Below are positions 61,420 to 64,000 of a DNA stretch of 64,000 bases, in pieces. Source of the DNA: an uncultured Mucispirillum sp. (GTDB lineage Bacteria > Chrysiogenota > Deferribacteres > Deferribacterales > Mucispirillaceae); the NCBI GenBank assembly GCA_944324495.1, contig CALUWN010000003.1, forward strand, positions 20,204 through 84,203, read 5' to 3'. Position 1 is the first letter of the stretch, and each line of letters begins with the position of its first letter. A program made the position numbers and the translations under genes. A model generated the notes under the pieces. The model saw only the letters and a program-made list of their open reading frames with translations, was not told the DNA's origin and made no database searches.

Positions 61420-62805
61420 ATGCGTTATAAAAGTACAAGGGGCGGAGTATCAGGTCTCTCATTTGAAGATGCAGTTATGATGGGGCTTGCAAGTGATGGT
61501 GGGCTTTTAATACCAGAAAAAATACCACTTTTTAATGAAAAAGATTTAAAGCATTTATCAGAGCTTCCATATACGAAACTGGCATATGAAATAATGAGCA
61601 GATACCAAGAAGGAATACCTTCTCAGGACTTAATGAATATTATTCAAAAAACATATGCTAAATTTGATACAGTAAATATGATACCTGTTAGAAAAGCAGC
61701 GGGGATGCGTATTGCAGAGCTTTATCATGGTCCTACATATTCTTTTAAAGATGTAGCATTACAGTTTTTAGGCAATATGTTTGAATATATTTTAACTAAG
61801 AGAAAACAGTCATTAAATATAGTAGGTGCTACAAGTGGTGATACAGGCAGTGCTGCTATTTATGGTGTAAAAAGCAAGCAAAATATAAATATTTTCATGC
61901 TTTATCCATCAAACAGAATAAGCAATATTCAAGAATTACAAATGACTACCACAGAGGCATCAAATGTATTTTGCTTAGAAGTTGGTGGTAATTTTGATAA
62001 CTGCCAAAGCATAGTAAAAGAAATATTTAATGATTTAGAATTTAAAGATGAATACAGCCTTGGTGCTGTAAACTCTATAAATTTTGCAAGAATATTAGCA
62101 CAAATGGTATACTATTTTTGGATATATTTTAGAACAGTACACAGAGTTGGTGATGAAATCAATGTGGTTGTACCAACTGGTAACTTTGGAAATGTATTTG
62201 CAGGATATATGGCAAAAAGAATGGGCTTACCAATTGCAAAATTAATGATTGCTACTAACAGAAATAATATTTTAACAAGGGCTGTAAAATTTGGTGATTA
62301 CAGTATAGAAAGGGTGCATCCAACAATAAGCCCTGCTATGGATATACAAGTAGCAAGCAATTTTGAACGTTATCTTTACTATTTATATAATGAAGACAGC
62401 TCAAAAGTTGTAGAAGCTATGGATAGATTACAAACTGAAAAGGAAATAGAAATAAGAGGTCACTTATTAGGTCAACTGCAGCGTGATTTTATAGCAGGAG
62501 AAACAAGCGATGAAGATATGAAAAATACAATTAGAAGCGTATTTTCAAAATCTGATTACGTAATAGACCCACACACTGCCTGTGCAGTTTATGCAGCTGA
62601 GCAAATGGAGCTTGTATCAGATAATACAGTATGTTTATCTACTGCTCACCCTGCTAAATTTCCAGAAGTAATCCATGAAGTATTAGGGGTATGGCCTGAA
62701 ATGCCATCAGGTTTACAAAATCTTGAAGAAAGACAAAAACGTTCTGAAAGAATGAACCCTGATGTGGAAGAAATTAAAAACTTTATAGCAAAGAACGCAA
62801 AATAA
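61420..62805 (+). CDS. thrC: threonine synthase
   Basis: MRYKSTRGG N-terminus, PLP-lysine motif GPTYSFKDVALQ, ATSGDTGSAA. Confidence 0.93.
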   Translation: MRYKSTRGGVSGLSFEDAVMMGLASDGGLLIPEKIPLFNEKDLKHLSELPYTKLAYEIMSRYQEGIPSQDLMNIIQKTYAKFDTVNMIPVRKAAGMRIAELYHGPTYSFKDVALQFLGNMFEYILTKRKQSLNIVGATSGDTGSAAIYGVKSKQNINIFMLYPSNRISNIQELQMTTTEASNVFCLEVGGNFDNCQSIVKEIFNDLEFKDEYSLGAVNSINFARILAQMVYYFWIYFRTVHRVGDEINVVVPTGNFGNVFAGYMAKRMGLPIAKLMIATNRNNILTRAVKFGDYSIERVHPTISPAMDIQVASNFERYLYYLYNEDSSKVVEAMDRLQTEKEIEIRGHLLGQLQRDFIAGETSDEDMKNTIRSVFSKSDYVIDPHTACAVYAAEQMELVSDNTVCLSTAHPAKFPEVIHEVLGVWPEMPSGLQNLEERQKRSERMNPDVEEIKNFIAKNAK

Positions 62806-63827
62806 TGCCAACATTAGTTGATAAATTTGATTATGAACTTCCAAAAGAATTAATAGCACTTTATCCTGCTGATAAGCGGGATAAGTGCCGTCTTATGATG
62901 GTGGATACTGCAGGTAAAAGTATAACTCACCATGTTTTTTCAGATATTTATGATTTATTAAATGAAGAAACATTCTTAGTAATCAATAATACGAAAGTGC
63001 GTAATGCAAGAATATATGCTCATAAAGTAACAGGTGGAAAAAGTGAGATATTTGTTACAAATGTAATAGATGCAAACCACTTCCAAGGGCTTGTACGTGG
63101 CAGCTTTAAAAAAGGTGATACGCTTTTAGCTGATAATTATATTTTTACATTAATTGAAAAAGATAATGAGGGTATTTGGTTTATTAAAAGCAGCTGTGAT
63201 ATAGAAAAGATAATGGAAAATATAGGCCATATTCCACTTCCTCCATATATTGAACGGCAGGATAATTTACAGGATAAAGCAGATTATCAAACCGTATATG
63301 CAAAATATACCACATCTTCAGCAGCTCCTACTGCAGGGCTTCATTTTACAAGTGAGCTTTTGGAAAAATTAAAAGTAAAAGGAGTAAATATTGTAGAAAT
63401 AACTCTTGATGTGGGGCTTGGAACATTTAGACCTGTAAAAACAGGGTATATGGAAGAGCATATTATGCATAAAGAACGGTTTTATATTTCAGAAGAAACA
63501 GCTGATATAATAAATACGCATAAATCACGTGGGAAAAAATTACTAGCAGTAGGTTCAACATCAGTGCGGGCACTAGAAACTGCAGCAGATGAGAAAGGAT
63601 ATATAAAATCAGGGGAACAGTATTCTGATATATTCATAATGGAACCATATAAATTTAAAGCAGTAGATAATATGATAACAAATTTTCATCTTCCAAAATC
63701 CACACTTTTAGCTATGGTAACGGCTTTAGGTGGCTATGATTTAATAATGGAAGCGTATAAAAAAGCTATTGAAGAAAAATATCATTTTTTTAGTTATGGC
63801 GATGCTATGTATATTAAAAGAGCATAA
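62805..63827 (+). CDS. queA: S-adenosylmethionine:tRNA ribosyltransferase-isomerase
   Basis: FDYELPKELIA, IPLPPYI, TAGLHFT, VGSTSVRALE. The ATG shares one base with the thrC stop. Confidence 0.93.
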   Translation: MPTLVDKFDYELPKELIALYPADKRDKCRLMMVDTAGKSITHHVFSDIYDLLNEETFLVINNTKVRNARIYAHKVTGGKSEIFVTNVIDANHFQGLVRGSFKKGDTLLADNYIFTLIEKDNEGIWFIKSSCDIEKIMENIGHIPLPPYIERQDNLQDKADYQTVYAKYTTSSAAPTAGLHFTSELLEKLKVKGVNIVEITLDVGLGTFRPVKTGYMEEHIMHKERFYISEETADIINTHKSRGKKLLAVGSTSVRALETAADEKGYIKSGEQYSDIFIMEPYKFKAVDNMITNFHLPKSTLLAMVTALGGYDLIMEAYKKAIEEKYHFFSYGDAMYIKRA

Positions 63828-63955
63828 AAAACAAATACTTTATATAAAGTAAGTAGAAATAATAGTAAAATCAAATAAATTAATAAATAAAATTTGCTTT
63901 TTTTATTATATAATGTTATGTTAGTATAACTTATAATATTTCTTTGAGGTCATAT

Positions 63956-64000
63956 ATGAAAAGTAAAGTACTTCTTATTGATGATAGTGTTACAATCCAC
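63956..64000 (+). CDS. response regulator receiver domain protein (5' fragment, runs off the window)
   Basis: GAGGT SD, then ATG 63956 encoding MKSKVLLIDDSVTIH, a typical CheY-like receiver N-terminus. Only 15 codons are visible. Confidence 0.5.
   Translation, partial: MKSKVLLIDDSVTIH

Noticed and set aside
63521-63536. CACGTG-centred sequence in queA as a parS
   Set aside because: The flanks (TAAAT/GGAAA) do not match the parS arms.

Overview
AT-rich (roughly 30% GC by eye) bacterial chromosome segment centred on the replication origin. The core is dnaA-oriC-dnaN-recF-gyrB-gyrA at 20.6-29.3 kb. Four same-orientation DnaA boxes and an AT-rich unwinding stretch lie in the dnaA-dnaN spacer. 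Most other genes are housekeeping: tpiA, parA-parB-bactofilin, pepA, rplU-rpmA-obg, def, fused ccsBA, purC, folD, mnmE, rsmG, mltD, two GT9 heptosyltransferases, hflX, gmhA, mfd, two SurA/PpiC-like PPIases, ndk, thrC and queA. LPS-heptose genes, a fused CcsBA and a PglB-type oligosaccharyltransferase indicate a low-GC diderm, possibly Deferribacterota-like, but taxonomy cannot be settled from the sequence alone. No rRNA, tRNA, CRISPR array, transposase or integrase was seen. The most unusual region is 31.5-43.7 kb, where the usual mnmE-mnmG-rsmG unit is interrupted. Two diverged full-length mnmG paralogs (35838-37691 and 41824-43701) bracket a very AT-rich array of seven small multi-pass membrane-protein genes. 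These belong to two recurring paralog families, one copy is visibly decayed, and none has a recognisable domain. Two perfect parS palindromes (TGTTTCACGTGAAACA) lie at 35.67 and 38.26 kb. Other notable points are an orphan PglB/STT3 oligosaccharyltransferase overlapping pepA, dnaA with no upstream intergenic region, a parB-coupled bactofilin, and an hflX whose conserved N-terminus lies upstream of any canonical start codon.
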